A stretch of 64,000 nt of DNA, taken from contig NC_042999.1 of the NCBI RefSeq assembly GCF_006345805.1, forward strand, positions 45,942,001 through 46,006,000, read 5' to 3'. Below, piece by piece: positions 35,581 to 48,867 of the stretch. The DNA comes from Octopus sinensis (taxonomy: Eukaryota). The stretch's first letter is position 1. Each line of letters opens with the position of its first letter. The notes below the pieces were generated by a model. That model was not told the origin of the DNA. It searched no databases and worked only from the letters and a program-made list of their open reading frames with translations. The position numbers were made by a program, and so were the translations under genes.

Positions 35581-36531
35581 TTCCGCCACTTTGTTCTCTT
35601 AAGTTTTTTTCACTAAAATTAGACGACATTGCTTACATCGTTTGGTGCCCTTTTGGCGGTTCCTTTCAATTCATATTTGACAATAACTGAAAATTTTTTT
35701 TGTTTTCTCCTCTATCTTACTTCTTATTATTAACTAGTACACACAATTGTTTACGATTTCAAAAAGACAAAAATCAAAAAAAAAAAATACAAACAAATAA
35801 ACAAAATTGGCAATAAGTATTTAAATTATAGTTTTCTGATGTTTGATATAAATATTTTATTAATTTTATGGCTGTCAGTTACAGATCAATAGCCTGTAAA
35901 TATTCTCTGATAGCCGAGGTAAAATGAAGGAGACAATTCCATTTCTTGGCAGCAACAATTTTTTTTTTTTTTAACAAATCAGCATAGATATTTATTTATT
36001 TATTTATTCTGTTTATCTTATTTCTTCAGAAAGTAAGTTTATCTTACAGCTTTAAAGCAGATGCTGGTCTCTAATTGGAGCTGTGCAAAGAAGAAAAGTA
36101 GATTTAGATTTAAAATTATATGTACCTACATATGTATATATGTGAGTGTGTGTCTGGTGTGTATGTGTATGTATATATATATATATATATAGAGCGAGAG
36201 AGACATACATACATACATACAATCACACACACATATGTATATATATTTATATGTATGTATGTATATGCATATATGTGTGCATATATAAATACACATTATG
36301 TAATGCATATATATATATATATGTATGAATGTATGTGTGTACATATATATATGCATGTTTATATGCATATATATGAATTGTGTATATGTTTATCTATATT
36401 TCTGTGTATGTATATATATATACATATATATATATTTTTATATATATATATATATACACACACACATATATATATATATACACACATATATATCATCATC
36501 ATCATACGTCCGTTTTCCATGATGATGATGA

Positions 36532-36569
<38 letters not shown>

Positions 36570-38087
36570 CATAATGAAATGGTTTCTGATAGAAAAATCT
36601 TTCAAAATTTTGTTTTTACCTCTATGTTATTGTAATTAGCTCACAAAACTTCTTAATCATGATATCTTTGTGGTAAATTCCTAATTCATAAAAATTCAGA
36701 ATCTCAAAAATATTCCTGATATCAGAAATCTTGCTTTAAAATTCCATCGCGGCAAGGAGCTAAAAAGGCAGTTTTACAGTCAACCAACATATTAGTCATG
36801 AGTTTATGTCGCTTGATTCCAGCTTTGGAGTATGAAGGGTTATTGAGCAACTGAGCATCCACTCTTTTGAAATCTGTTTGAGAACAGGACTACAAAAGTA
36901 CCTCAGACACAGACTGCTTCATCCAGACTGCATCAGCTATTGGAACTGAAACATAGCTGATGAGAATCCTCCTGTAGTTGTCAAGTTACAAAGAAGACAG
37001 AGAGGATGCTACTCACTTAAGGAACATGAACTGTATGTTCCCTTCAGAACAACATCAAAGTGGACAAACAAGAAAGAAGAATTATTTTCATTACAGGAGT
37101 GCTACAAGATGTATACGATAACTTTAGAGGTCAAATTTAACTTTTCCATCAAATTACACTTTTAAGGAAATTTGCTGGCCTATCAGAAGTAAGTGATGAT
37201 CATTTGATGTCTCCTGTCCATTGTCAGCAAGATTTGGGCCTGTTTCCTGACCTACCATCTTCTAGGACACCAAGAACAAAACCTGTTTTTCCTAGAGAGT
37301 TACTGTGGTTTCTGTACTGGTCATTAGACTATAAACTTAATCCCTGCCATACTTGAACTCCAGGAAAGGTACCAATGGCAACACTACATCTCAGACATGA
37401 TGGAGGCTTTTTGACATGGAGGACAGGAACAGTTTGTGGAGATCATGAAAAAAATTGGCCACATGAGCAGTAGTCTCTGTTCAGATTAAAAGAGAAAACA
37501 TGATAGGGGTGAGAGGGTGGTAAAGGAGGGAGTAATGGAAGCAAGACAATGAATGGTAACTACGTGACTGTTGATATGGAGGGTGAATAGGAAAACAGCA
37601 AGGGCAGCATGATGGGAGAAGAGAGTGTGACAAGAAGGAGGAAAGGTGATGGATTTGAGGGAGGATGTATAAGTGATCAATATTAATTGTGAGTGATAGA
37701 AGAGGGAGTAATGTGCGTGTGTGTGTGAGAGAGACAGAGAGAGACTGATGAATGTCAGTAAGGAATTAGGAATTGAGAGAGAGTAAACAGAAGAGAGTGT
37801 AATGAAAGGAAACAAACTAGGGCAGGAGGATAGGTGAAAGGAGAATATGGCAGGAGAAAGGATATGATAAGGGTGAGAAGGAAGAGGATGGTAAATAATA
37901 GAAAGACAATAATAGGCAGAGAATTATGGGAGTAAACCAGATGTAGATAATATACAACCCAACCCCTGTCAGCATCACTTTAACCCTTTAGCATTTAAAG
38001 CAGCCGTAATCTGGCCCAAATATTCTCCCTGTCTTATGTTCAGGTATTATGTCTCACATGTACCCAACAATGTCATTCTAACAAGAA

Positions 38088-38310
38088 AAGGTGGTGAGCT
38101 GGCAGAAACGTTAGCATGCCGGGCGAAATGCTCAGCAGTATTTCGTCTGCTATTACGTTCTGAGTTCAAATTCCGCTGAGGTCGACTTTGCCTTTCATCC
38201 TTTCGGGGTCGATAAATTAAGTACCAGTTATGCACTGGGGTCGATGTATGTCTGTCCTTGTTTGTCCCCTCTATGTTTAGCCCCTTGTGGGCAATAAAGA
38301 AATAAGAAAA
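38088..38310 (+). mobile_element. Family C (Nin/Deu-like) SINE, full length
   Basis: Head GGTGGTGAGCTGGCAGAAACGTTAG, B-box-like GAGTTCAAATTCC and central GCCTTTCATCCTTTCGGGGTCGATAAATTAAGTACCAG. Possible TSD AAGAAAA. Confidence 0.85.
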
Positions 38311-38566
38311 TTGCTGCAATGCTGCATGATAGTGATGCCAGACATAGCATGCAACTTGTTTGGCATTTGCATTTCATTTTTGCTTTGACCTGCACGTTGC
38401 ATTTTTATTCTTCTCCTCTGTTTTACGAAGCCAGTGTGCACATGTGCCTTGCATGTTCACACATCTCTTTCCAGTTCCTACTCAAAACTATTTACAGATC
38501 ACAACCATCTCATGATCTTGCATTCGTGAGGAGAGTTTTATGCTCCCATGGTAATGAAAAAATATA

Positions 38567-39139
38567 TTGGGTTGTCTGGAAAGTTTGTGCTGATTTATAG
38601 TAGCTAACCGTTCGACTTATTTTAGAACATGGTTGAGTCCATAAAATAGGATTTGACTACACCTCCATTTAGAGCACAGTTTAAGCTATGTTTTCGTGGA
38701 AGAAGGTTTATGTTACTATAACCTGTGTTAATTCTGTAACCCTTTAAATTGGAAGATAAGAAAGTTCATTTTCGGCACTTGATGCTTTGGTAAAACCAGA
38801 AAAAAAAAATTGCTGCAGCTCGACTGGGATGTGTTACCCGACCCTCCATATTCGCCAGTTGTTGCTCCTTTGGATTTCTACTTATTCAGATCTCTGCACA
38901 ATAGTCTTAATGGCAAAAATTTCAATTCCTTGGATGACATAAAAAGATACCTTGATGAATTCTTTGCCATGAAACCACCTCAACTTTGAGAAGAGGGTAT
39001 TTTCAAGTTAAAGGAAAGATGGAGATGCATTGTGCAACAAAATGGTTCATATTTGGTTGATTAAAAATGTAATGGCAAGTATTTATTGACCGTTTTTCTT
39101 TCATTTAAAAAATCGGCACAAACTTTCCGGACAACCCAA
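38567..39139 (+). mobile_element. Internally deleted mariner element, 573 bp
   Basis: TA TSD and 30-bp TIRs (TTGGGTTGTCTGGAAAGTTTGTGCTGATTT, 2 mismatches). The N-terminal (M)EDKKVHFRHLMLW is fused to WDVLPDPPYSPVVAPLDFYLFRSL...RWRCIVQQNGSY at a TTTGG microhomology. Confidence 0.92.
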
Positions 39140-39910
39140 TACAATCACATGATCTAAATCTTGAAGCTACAAGATAATGAATAATTAAGTTGAAACAAAA
39201 TGAATAAATAATCTGAATGCTAAAGGGTATATGTCCATTTTACCATGCTTGCACCAATGGGTGAGTCTTCTGCATTGCGTATTTCCACTTGTTACAGTTA
39301 TCTCCTTTATAAATTTTCCTCCTTTGAGGACAGTTTTGATCACTTCATCTCATCTCTTCCTTTGTCTCCATTTCCTGCAGATAACATTCACTTTGTACAC
39401 TCTGCACTAACCTTATACACTAGCATTATATATTAAATAGAGCATGTTCCTTTTCTTTCCTTTCTAGACTCTGCTAATCCTCTGCTTTCACATCTTGCTG
39501 CCATGCAGCAGCGTCACACATCACATACATCATGTAAAAACTGCCTTTCGCTTTGAGAGAAAAATCCATTGTTCTCAGCAATGATAGTAGTTTCCTGAAC
39601 TTCTTTTCTAGCTGTTCTTACTGAAGCTGCTTTGTTTTCGAAACATCCACCTGTTCTGCTAATTAGGCTGCATAGATATTTGAAAAATATCTATTACAGT
39701 TGTACTTTTACTGATAATTGCTGATGAACATTTATTCCATTTGAGGTTTACTTTTTCTATTAGATTGACTGATGCCAGTCCACCTCTTGTTCATCAATAG
39801 TTTACACTGAGTACACACTCTATGGAATTTCTATCTACCCTTTACTGCAGTAAAGGGTGCTTTCTTCTTTTCTCCTTACTAATATTTTAGTTTCTAAATG
39901 TCTATTTGAA

Positions 39911-40131
39911 TTCTTTAGCATTTTAACCAGCCATATCCAGCCAAAATATTCTATCAGTTCTATGTTCAAATTGGCCAGATCCAATCTCTTATGTCTACCC
40001 TGCAATGTCATTCTAAAGATAAACAATCACATCATTGAAATCTCAAAAGCAACAAAATGCTGCATGATTAATTAAAAGCAATATAAACAAATAAGCATTA
40101 CATTTGACAGAGTAATCTGAATGCTAAAGGC
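39911..40131. mobile_element. piggyBac-like MITE, uninterrupted copy
   Basis: CTTTAGCATT...AATGCTAAAGG termini with TTAA at the right end. Confidence 0.8.
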
Positions 40132-40719
40132 TTAAGGTTTCTCAGTGTAAGTTTGCTAGGTAGTCTAAAATTTCTTCTCTAAACTATCTACAGATTCAAC
40201 CATGAGGACTGGATCATTAGCACAGGATTTCCCCATAGGCAGCTAGTTTTAGACTTATTTGTTACAAACAGGACTATAATGAACAGGAGGGAAAAATTGA
40301 ACTCTGATAGACTTCTCTCTACATGATAAATTCCTCATTAGACTCATAGCTAATGTTCCCCTTGCTAACTTCATTCCTGTACATAGCTTATCCCTACCAG
40401 GCTACAAAGTATAGGTCCCTATCAAAGCCAGATTGCTAAATGCTAGGTAGAGTAACTGAGTCTGAGCTAAGTACTTCTCCTTCAGTTGTTTCACTAGCAA
40501 AGCATCCAGAGTACCTTTTCCTAATGCAATTCTCTTCCTAATCAGTTAGGCTATAAGTCTTTCGCTGTCTTTCATAACATGGTCCATCAATTTAATACCT
40601 CTAAAGTTTCCCTTTTCTAGTGCATGTCATTTCTTTTTTATAGCAATTAACAAAGATACCGTTACACCAGTCATTGAGTATTACACTTCCCTGTATTCTC
40701 TGATTGGTTATGTGACTAT

Positions 40720-41110
40720 CATCATCATTTAACAGTCTTTGTCCATGCTGGCATAGGTTGGACAGTGTGACCAGAGCTGGCAAGCCAGGAGGCTGCACTA
40801 CCAGACTCTAGTGTAATTTTGCATTGTCTTTATGGCTGGATGCCCTTCCTAATGCCAACCACTTTACAGTGTGTGCTGGATGCTTTTACGTGTCACAGTA
40901 TGGACACTTTTACATGTCGCTGCACAGGCATTCTTACGTGTCACCACAAGGGTGCTTTTTTTTACATGTTCCCACACAGGCACTTTTATGTGCCACCACA
41001 TGGGTGATTTTACATGTTACCACAAAGATACTTTTATGTGATGCTGCATGGGCACTTTTAGGTGGTATTGTACAGACGCTTTTATGTGATGCCACATGGG
41101 TGCTTTTACA
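40720..41110 (-). mobile_element. RTE-tailed element whose body has expanded into a degenerate ~22-bp minisatellite
   Basis: Tail motifs at 40720-40860, followed by about ten GCTTTTACGTGTCAC-like units. Confidence 0.72.
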
Positions 41111-42170
41111 CATCATCACACTATCTAGTGCTCAACCTACATCACTTGATAATGTCAGCATCCCAAACTCTGTTTTAAGTGATTCAGCTTCCTTCCCTGC
41201 CTTCATATTGTTAATCATGCTTTCTGCTCCTTTTCAATCTACATATATATTTCGAAACCTGTTACTAGTCCATTAACATTTCAAGAAGGTCACTACCCCA
41301 TCATTAGAATGGAATAGTGGTTGGTAATATTAGAATATAAGTGGAGGCTAGTGGCTTAGTGGTTAGGGTGTCAGCATCATGATTGTAGGATTGTGGTTTC
41401 GTTTCCTGGGCCAGACGACTCGTTATGTTCTTGAGCAAAACACTTCATTTCAATGAAGACATTCGAGCAAGGTCATTGCCAGTGCCGCTGGACTGACTCC
41501 TGTGCAGGTGGCACATAGAAAACACCATTTCCAGCATGGCCATTGCCAGTACCACCAGACTGGTCCTCGTGCTGGTGTCACATAAAAGCACTCACTACAC
41601 TCTCGGAGTTGTTGGCGTTAGGAAGGGCATCCATCTATAGAGACTCTGCCAGATCAGATTGGAGCCTGGCGCAGCCATCTGGTTCGCCAGTTCTCAGTCA
41701 AATCGTCCAACCCATGCTAGCATGGAAAGCAGATGTTAAATGATGATGATGATGATGATGATAGAGTAAGCTCTCTGCTTTGCATTCTCTTCATTCAGGG
41801 ATTCCTTCATAGCATTTCCATGCCCCTTTTTCTTTAGTGCCAATTAGGGAAAGTACATGTTTTCTTCATGATATTCCAATTGTTATTGCTTTGCTTCTTG
41901 GAAACCTCACATCTCCAGTCCTCGCATCACACACACGTGTAAACATCTTACTTTAGTTCCACCTCACTGAACATGTAAATGCTGCAGTAATGTTGTCCAA
42001 AACTTAATAATTATTTTATCACACATCATGATTACATTGCTTGCTTAATTTACTTCATTTCTTTACCAATAATATGCCTTCTCTAACCATTTCATCACTG
42101 TTATCCAGCCAGAAGAATTTGTACATGTTGTTCTTTGCTTATGAGGAGTCTGGCTGAGGCTCATATCATA
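41110..42170 (-). mobile_element. Old RTE ORF2 fragments (APE and pre-RT linker) interrupted by younger insertions at 41244-41762
   Basis: The minus strand gives FFWLDNSD..GILLVKK, CDARTGDVRFPR, WKCYE and MINNMKAGK in colinear order. Confidence 0.5.
41341..41762 (+). mobile_element. Chimeric SINE: CORE-like family D head joined to an RTE-tailed element
   Basis: The tRNA-like head runs to TTGAGCAAAACACTTCATTTCA. GTGGCAC repeats, GGAAGGGCATCC and (GAT)n follow. Confidence 0.78.
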
Positions 42171-43834
42171 TCTGTGTGCGTCCCCGCCAACACAATCATT
42201 TTTATATTCATATTTCTATGTTGGCATGGATTAGATGTGATTTGTGAGGCAGTGTTTTAAGGTCGAATATCTTCCCTAATGCTAACCATCTTAGTTGCTT
42301 CTTATGGCATAGGATACAGTGAGCCTATTCTAAGAACAGGAATGTGCATGCATGCTCACTCACGCATGCATGCACACACACATACGCACATATGTAAAAG
42401 TTTGCATCCAAATACTGGAGGAATGAGCTCCTATCTAATATTGAAGTTCACTTATTATGGCTTGCAACTGGAGATTGGTGTCTTTATATTGTTTAAAGAC
42501 ACTTCTCTCAGACAATCTCTGCTTGTAATATTGCAGTCATGATAATATTTTTTCAAAACAACAGATAATTGTGTTAGCAGACTTGACCTTAACTCTGGCA
42601 ACACGTGAACAAAAAATTTTACTGCTCAGCAGCAACTGTCCAAGTATAGGTGTCATCAGAAACTAGCAAAAGAGTGAAAAATATGAAAATGACCACCAAA
42701 CTGAAGAATTCTACCTAATCAATGAAGCAAGCATGATTGCTGTTAAACCAAGTTACTGGAAGTTACTGCCTCAGGCACATCAAGATGTGTGAGCTACAAT
42801 CTTTAGGCATGTTATATATGGAGACAGTTTTATTAAACAATATATTTGTTATAGTGTTTTTGGTAGTGAATTGATTTTGGTACACATAATTTTGACTGAT
42901 CAGAAAATACTATCCAACAAATATTATAGCTGTGTGATTTTAATTTGAAATTCATAAGATTTCAATTTACATATAAATGTGAATATTTTGTCACAAATTT
43001 AATAAGATTTTACATGAATATCTCCAGTTTTCTACTTCTATTTATAGAGAATGTTTTCAATAAATCATCTCAGTAATTTTCTCTTGTATATATTTGATTA
43101 TGTTCAACAACATGTTTTATGAATGAGGATAATTTTCTACAAATTTCACATCTATAAGGTTTTAGCTGTGTTTTTCTAGTAATGATTAATGAAATTGTGT
43201 CACAGTCGGAAACTCTAATGTCGAATAACAGCAAACAGATCTTTCTTCGGGGTGTATTTGTGGTTTACAAGATGGAACACAGAAAATGAAGAATGATTTC
43301 CAATGTATTTCACAATGATAATTTTTTTCTCTAGTCTGCATTTAGCTGTGGATTACATGCGTAGTCTTACTTTGCACTGAGTGATTCTTCATATACTTAG
43401 CATTGATATAGTTTTTTTTTTTCCATTGTATATTCATTTATCAACTACATGTTTATAGTTCACCAAGAAGGATTTCCAAATATTTTGGCAAAAAGCTGTA
43501 CATCACTATGATTTTATATAGAATTCCATAAAGAATTATAAAAATAGCTATAGAAACTTTATTACTAATAAAAATACCAGCCGAAAGTCAGCACAAATAG
43601 ACAAGTAAAATATCCTCAAATCTATCTGGGCTTAACAATGTATGATTTGTCATTGATAAATTTGTCAGTTATGAAAATATTCTCATGATCATTTGTGACC
43701 TAGTGCAAAGCACATGAACAACATTTTAATATTACCAACCACTACTCCATTCTAATGATGGGGTAGTGACCTCCTTGAAATGGTAATGGACTAGTAACAG
43801 GTTTCGAAATATATACATGTAAATAATACATAAA

Positions 43835-44210
43835 TGGAGGCGCATGGCTTAGTGGTTAGAGTGTCAGCATCATGATTGTAAAATTGTGGTTTCGATTCCT
43901 GGACCGGATGACGTGTTGTGTTCTTGAGCAAAACACTTCATTTCACGTTGCTCCAGTCCACTCAACTGGCAAAAATGAGTAATGCTGTGATGGACTGGTG
44001 TCCCATCCAGCTGGGGAACACATACGCCATTGAAACTGGGAAACCAGGCCCGGAATGGTTGGCGTTAGGAAGGGCATCCAGCCGTAGAAACACTGCCAGA
44101 TTTGACTGGGCCTGATGAAGCCTTCTGGCTTCACAGACCCCAGTAGAACCGTCCAACCCATGCTAGCATGGAAAACGGACGCTAAACGATGATGATGATG
44201 ATGATGATGA
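43835..44210 (+). mobile_element. CORE-like family D SINE fused to an RTE-type tail
   Basis: A/B boxes, TTGAGCAAAACACTT..GCTCCAGTCCACTC and GATGGACTGGTGTCCCATCCAG. The sequence switches to GGTTGGCGTTAGGAAGGGCATCC at ~44065. Confidence 0.82.
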
Positions 44211-44982
44211 CATAAGACACACCTGTATATATTCACACACATGTTTGTTAGTTGCATGCTTGTTTTTTTCTTGTGAGCATAGGTTCTACATATAGATACA
44301 CACACACCATCCTGCACATCTTCACATTGTTTTATTCCAATTTTCATGCTGCTAGGTTGTCATGGTCCGAATCATTTCTTAGTGGCAGTCACTGCTCCCA
44401 TGGACTGGTGCTAGTATGTGCCATTTATCTTAGTTGGATATGCCTTTTATCATCAACCACTTTACAATGTGTACTGGTTACATTTACTGTTAATCTTGGC
44501 ACTAACATTAGGGAGGTTAAATAGTTGTTGGCAAGACCAACTAAAGTGACCTCATACCCCGCCTATATTTTCTATACTCATTTTCCAACCACTCTACTAT
44601 AAATACTGGGTGCAGTTTTCATTATATCAGCACTAGAGAGGTAATCTCACTGACCAGTCACCTATAGGTGAAACATAGCTGACAGGAGTATTCTCTCATG
44701 GTACCATCCAAGATGAGAAATGTCATATATACTCTAAATGTAGAAGTTACTCACTCAGTAGTCTAAGGCATTTAGCCTCAGGAGGGATATAGGAGAGAGG
44801 GTGTCATCGGAAGGACCAGTATAAGTGGGTGAGTAGAAAGAGCAAGTGTATGATGGAGAAAGATAGGGCTACATGGAGTAGAGTTGAAAGGAGACTGATT
44901 GGCAATAGCAGAGGTGGACAAATGTGATGATGAGTGATGAGATAATGGCAAAAGTGAGCGCTTGATGGCAATGGATGGGGTT

Positions 44983-45066
<84 letters not shown>

Positions 45067-45279
45067 CTTGCAGTACAGCTGAGGGAAGGTAGAATATATT
45101 GACTTGGAGAATGAAGATTGGTCTATTGCAGTCTTTTATACATAGGCTTAGTGAAAAGCTAAGAGCTCAAAGTTACAGCTCAATGTTGGGTAGTGTGTTC
45201 CTTAGCAGGAATAATTTTGGTATCTATGATGATCTGTTTATTCCATTTGATGGTGAGAATGAAAGCTGTCTGATTTGTG

Positions 45280-45600
45280 AATTTAACAGATAAGTAAGAG
45301 ATAAGGTGGTTGGCTATTTCTGGAATTGTGTGTGTTGCAAATTGTTAGATCAGTTGCATCACAAATCTTCTCCAGACTTCCACATTTTTCCATACCATAG
45401 CCATATCTTCTATGATCCTCATCAAAGCCATCATGGTATTGACCATCATGGCAGTGTGTCACTAACCACAATAATGAAGTTGCTGTTGTACATTGTTGAA
45501 GTAGTCTGCAGAAACGGATTTCTGTGATGCTTTGAAGTGTTGTGATTGCTGTATATATTGCAAAGCAGGGAATGTAGATATGAGAAACATTCTTCACTCA
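45280..45600 (-). mobile_element. Decayed RTE APE-endonuclease fragment
   Basis: HDGFDEDHRRYGYG...LEKICDATDLTICNT resembles GYEGVHGGYGFG...LLEFCDANDLMICNT. Confidence 0.55.
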
Positions 45601-45799
45601 AGTACTGGTGTATTTTTTTAAGGCCATTTCAAGGAACTTACTGATACCACCTTGTATCTTAAAATAGTGAACTAAATTGATTTTCAGTAGTAACATACAA
45701 TTACAACATTCAAAAGTTGACCAGAAATTTAAAACAGTCTTTTATAATTTTGTTAGAACAATATAAAAGCTAACAACTAAGTGACTGTTTCTGTTTGTT

Positions 45800-46110
45800 T
45801 TAGCCCTTCACACCTGGTGGAGCATTGGCTATTGAGGGCTTTTCTATGTTGTTCTTGACAGTGGGCAGTCTTCCCTGGGAGAAGGTCTTCCTCTCTCAGG
45901 CCTTGTTATTTCTGTAGTATTTGCTTTTTTTCTAGTTAGGGGTGTTGGCCCTACGCAAACCTATTTTTACTTTTAAGAAGAGGTAGCCCATATTTGTCTA
46001 GCCTTTATCCTTTGACTAGTCCAACATGGAAGGGTCCACCAGGAGCTTGCACTTTGTTCACATAGCTCTCAGGGTCACCAAGGCATATGAGCCACTACAC
46101 TGCAACAAAC
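45800..46110 (-). mobile_element. Short RTE/BovB-like non-autonomous derivative (5'UTR-like segment plus 3' tail)
   Basis: TTTGACTAGTCCAACATGGAAGGGTCCACCAGGAGC...CATAGCTCTCAGGGTCA resembles the RTE 5'UTR motif, from memory. Confidence 0.45.
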
Positions 46111-47236
46111 ACTAGACCTTGTAGTAGACAAAAGTGATTGTGCACCCATTGTAATGCCTGGTGACATAAATAAGGCTAATTCGTGTTGTTATTTATTTCC
46201 TTTCTTTAACTATGACTGTCTCTTATCTGAAAATGTGATAATTTTATTGTACATTGTTTCCAGTACATTTTGAATTGTCATCACACATTTACATCATTTA
46301 ACAAGATACATGCAATTTTCTCTGATGTAACCTAGAGAATATTAATACACTTACAAATGTAGATTTCTGAAGGAAATTAATGTCACTTTTAAGTTTTAAT
46401 CCTTACTGTTATCTCTATTCACTTTTTATTTCTAGCAATATTTTTCGATGTTCTTCATTTAGTATATTGTTTTCTTTTTTCTCTCTTTTCAGTCAAAAGT
46501 ATATTTCTATTGTTAATATCATTTCTTCTTGGAAGTTCTCTTTTCATTAGAAATATTCATGTCATAACCTTTTAACAGTGCTTTTAATACTTTTGTTTTG
46601 TTATTCTTTTATCTTAAATTATTACATATTGAAAAACTTCATAGATAATTAAAAAAAAAACAGGAAATGAAAGGTTTTGGTGCACAACTGTTATTAAAAA
46701 TATGTAATTGTAAGAAAAAGTGTGAATGTATGGAAGCATGTGTGAATATATATATATATATATATATATACATACATACATATACATATATACATGTGGG
46801 TGTAAAAGTGAACGAAAAAGCACTTAGTAAGTATTAAAGAAGCTAAGTGCATGTATTACAAGTTGACTCAACCCTCCATCACTTGAAGATTCATAGCAAC
46901 AAAATCACATCAGTGATGTGCTCTACTTGGTTTTACACAATTGAAACTTCAGGTAATTAGGGGAATGAGTTAAGATATACACACATACACTAATGCATAT
47001 GTATGCATGTAAGTGTGCTTGTTTTAGAAAGTGGTTATAAATGTCTCTTGATAATTGCTTAGCATAAGCTAGGCATGAAATTAAAAGTTGTGAGGGATTA
47101 TAACTATCATAAATATATCATACATACATATATATATATATATATAGAATATATATATATATATATAAGTTATATATATATAGATTAATATAAGATATAT
47201 GTATATATGATATATATAATATATATATATATAATA

Positions 47237-47660
47237 TAGGCACAGGAGTGGCTGTGTGGTAAGTAGCTTGCTAACCAGCCACATGGTTCCGGGTTCAGTC
47301 CCACTGCGTGGCATCTTGGGCAAGTGTCTTCTGCTATAGCCCGGGCCGACCAATGCCTTGTAAGTTGATTTGGTAGACGGAAACTGAAGAAGCCTGTCGT
47401 ATATATGTATATATATATTTATGTGTGTATGTGTGGTGTTGTTTGTGTATCTGTGTTTGTCCTCTTAGCATTGCTTGACAAAACGATGCTGGTGTGTTTA
47501 CGTCCCCGTCACTTAGCGGTTCGGCAAAAGAGACCAAATAGAATAAGTACTGGGCTTACAAAGAATAAGTCCGGGGTCGATTGGCTCGACTAAAGGCGGT
47601 GCTCCAGCATGGCCGCAGTCAAATGACTGAAACAAGTAAAAGAGTAAAAGAGTAAAAGAG
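47237..47660 (+). mobile_element. Family A SINE, full length, best-preserved copy (used as in-window reference)
   Basis: TAGGCACAGGAGTGGCTGTGTGG...GGTTCAGTCC...GGCGGTGCTCCAGCATGGCCGCAGTCAAATGACTGAAACAA(GTAAAAGA)3. Confidence 0.92.
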
Positions 47661-47905
47661 TATATAATATATGTGTATATATATAATATATATGTATATA
47701 TTATATATATATATAATATATATATATTATATATAATCTTATACATAATATATAATATAATATATATATAGGTATATAATAATATATTATATAATATAAT
47801 ATAATATATGTATATATAATATATATAATATATATATATATAGAACATAATTATATATGTATATAATATAATATATGTATATATATAATATATATATTAT
47901 ATATA

Positions 47906-47943
<38 letters not shown>

Positions 47944-48257
47944 TTGATGTATGAGTTTAGATATTTTGAGAATGTGAAACGATTCCTTATAAGAATGGTG
48001 AATCTCAAAGAGGGAAATGAATCTGTAAATAATAGTGTGTAAATATTGTGTTATATGCCCCTTGAATAGGAAGAACTGAAAGTTACTTGTAGGATATGAA
48101 CCCACATCTCCCATGCATAGCCTGTGACATTTTTGTCCCAAAAGTTTTTAACCCAATATCAACATACTGTTATTTATAGCTTTATCTGCTCCAAGATTCA
48201 CTGTTCCAAAAAACAATCATATACGTGTGTGTGTGTGTATATACACACACACACACA

Positions 48258-48391
48258 GAGTAGTACCTCAGTTTTTGAACAACTCTGATCACAAATAAAT
48301 CAAGCTTTATATATATATATATATAGATATATATATATATAAAACACAATTTACTAATGATCAGAGTTGCTTGAAAACTGAGGTACTACTG
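48258..48391. mobile_element. pogo/Tigger-like MITE
   Basis: ~33-bp imperfect TIRs AGTAGTACCTCAGTTTT.../...AAAACTGAGGTACTACTG|TA around a (TA)n core. Confidence 0.7.
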
Positions 48392-48417
48392 TATATATAT
48401 GTATGTATGTAAGTAAG

Positions 48418-48464
<47 letters not shown>

Positions 48465-48818
48465 TATATATATTTATATATGGTGATTATTTGGAATTGC
48501 ATCTTCACAAATTTGGTTGATTGTTAAAATGCAGCTTTTAGTAAGTTTTTATATTTGTCTATCTGTTTTTGGTACTCAATTACTTGTATACTTGAGTATG
48601 TCATCATTGTTTGCTTATATATTTATGTATGCTTGTAATATGAATCAAATTAAGTACAAGAATAGCAGGATCTGTTTTGTATAATGAAATATAGTTTTTG
48701 CTAGTAAATAAATTAAAAAAAAACAAAATAATAATTGGAAAATATATTATATGCTATTGAATGAAGATAACTTTTTTAACAAATGAAACAGAATTACTAT
48801 TATTTTCTTCAACTTATA

Positions 48819-48867
<49 letters not shown>

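Larger units (their letters stand above)
37984..39227. mobile_element. piggyBac-like MITE split by nested insertions
   Basis: The left part TTAA|CCCTTTAGCATT...GTCATTCTAA and the right part CAATCACATG...AATGCTAAAGGG together match the intact copy at 39911-40131. Confidence 0.78.

Noticed and set aside
37097-37129. Apparent 33-nt in-frame exon (ttacag|GAGTGCTACAAG...AGAG|gtcaaa)
   Set aside because: The sequence reads ITGVLQD, most likely a decayed RT GVLQGD motif in an old RTE-like fragment (~36850-37460). It would also interrupt RNP1.
40870-41110. CRISPR-like repeat array
   Set aside because: The units are degenerate, have no unique spacers, lie inside a SINE-like element, and the context is eukaryotic with no cas genes.
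46493-46498. 6-nt microexon after a strong polypyrimidine acceptor
   Set aside because: The donor is weak, inclusion would destroy the RGFGF motif, and there is no supporting evidence.
48258-48391. let-7-like hairpin (TGAGGTACTACT)
   Set aside because: It differs from let-7 within the seed region. It is better explained as MITE TIRs around a (TA)n core.
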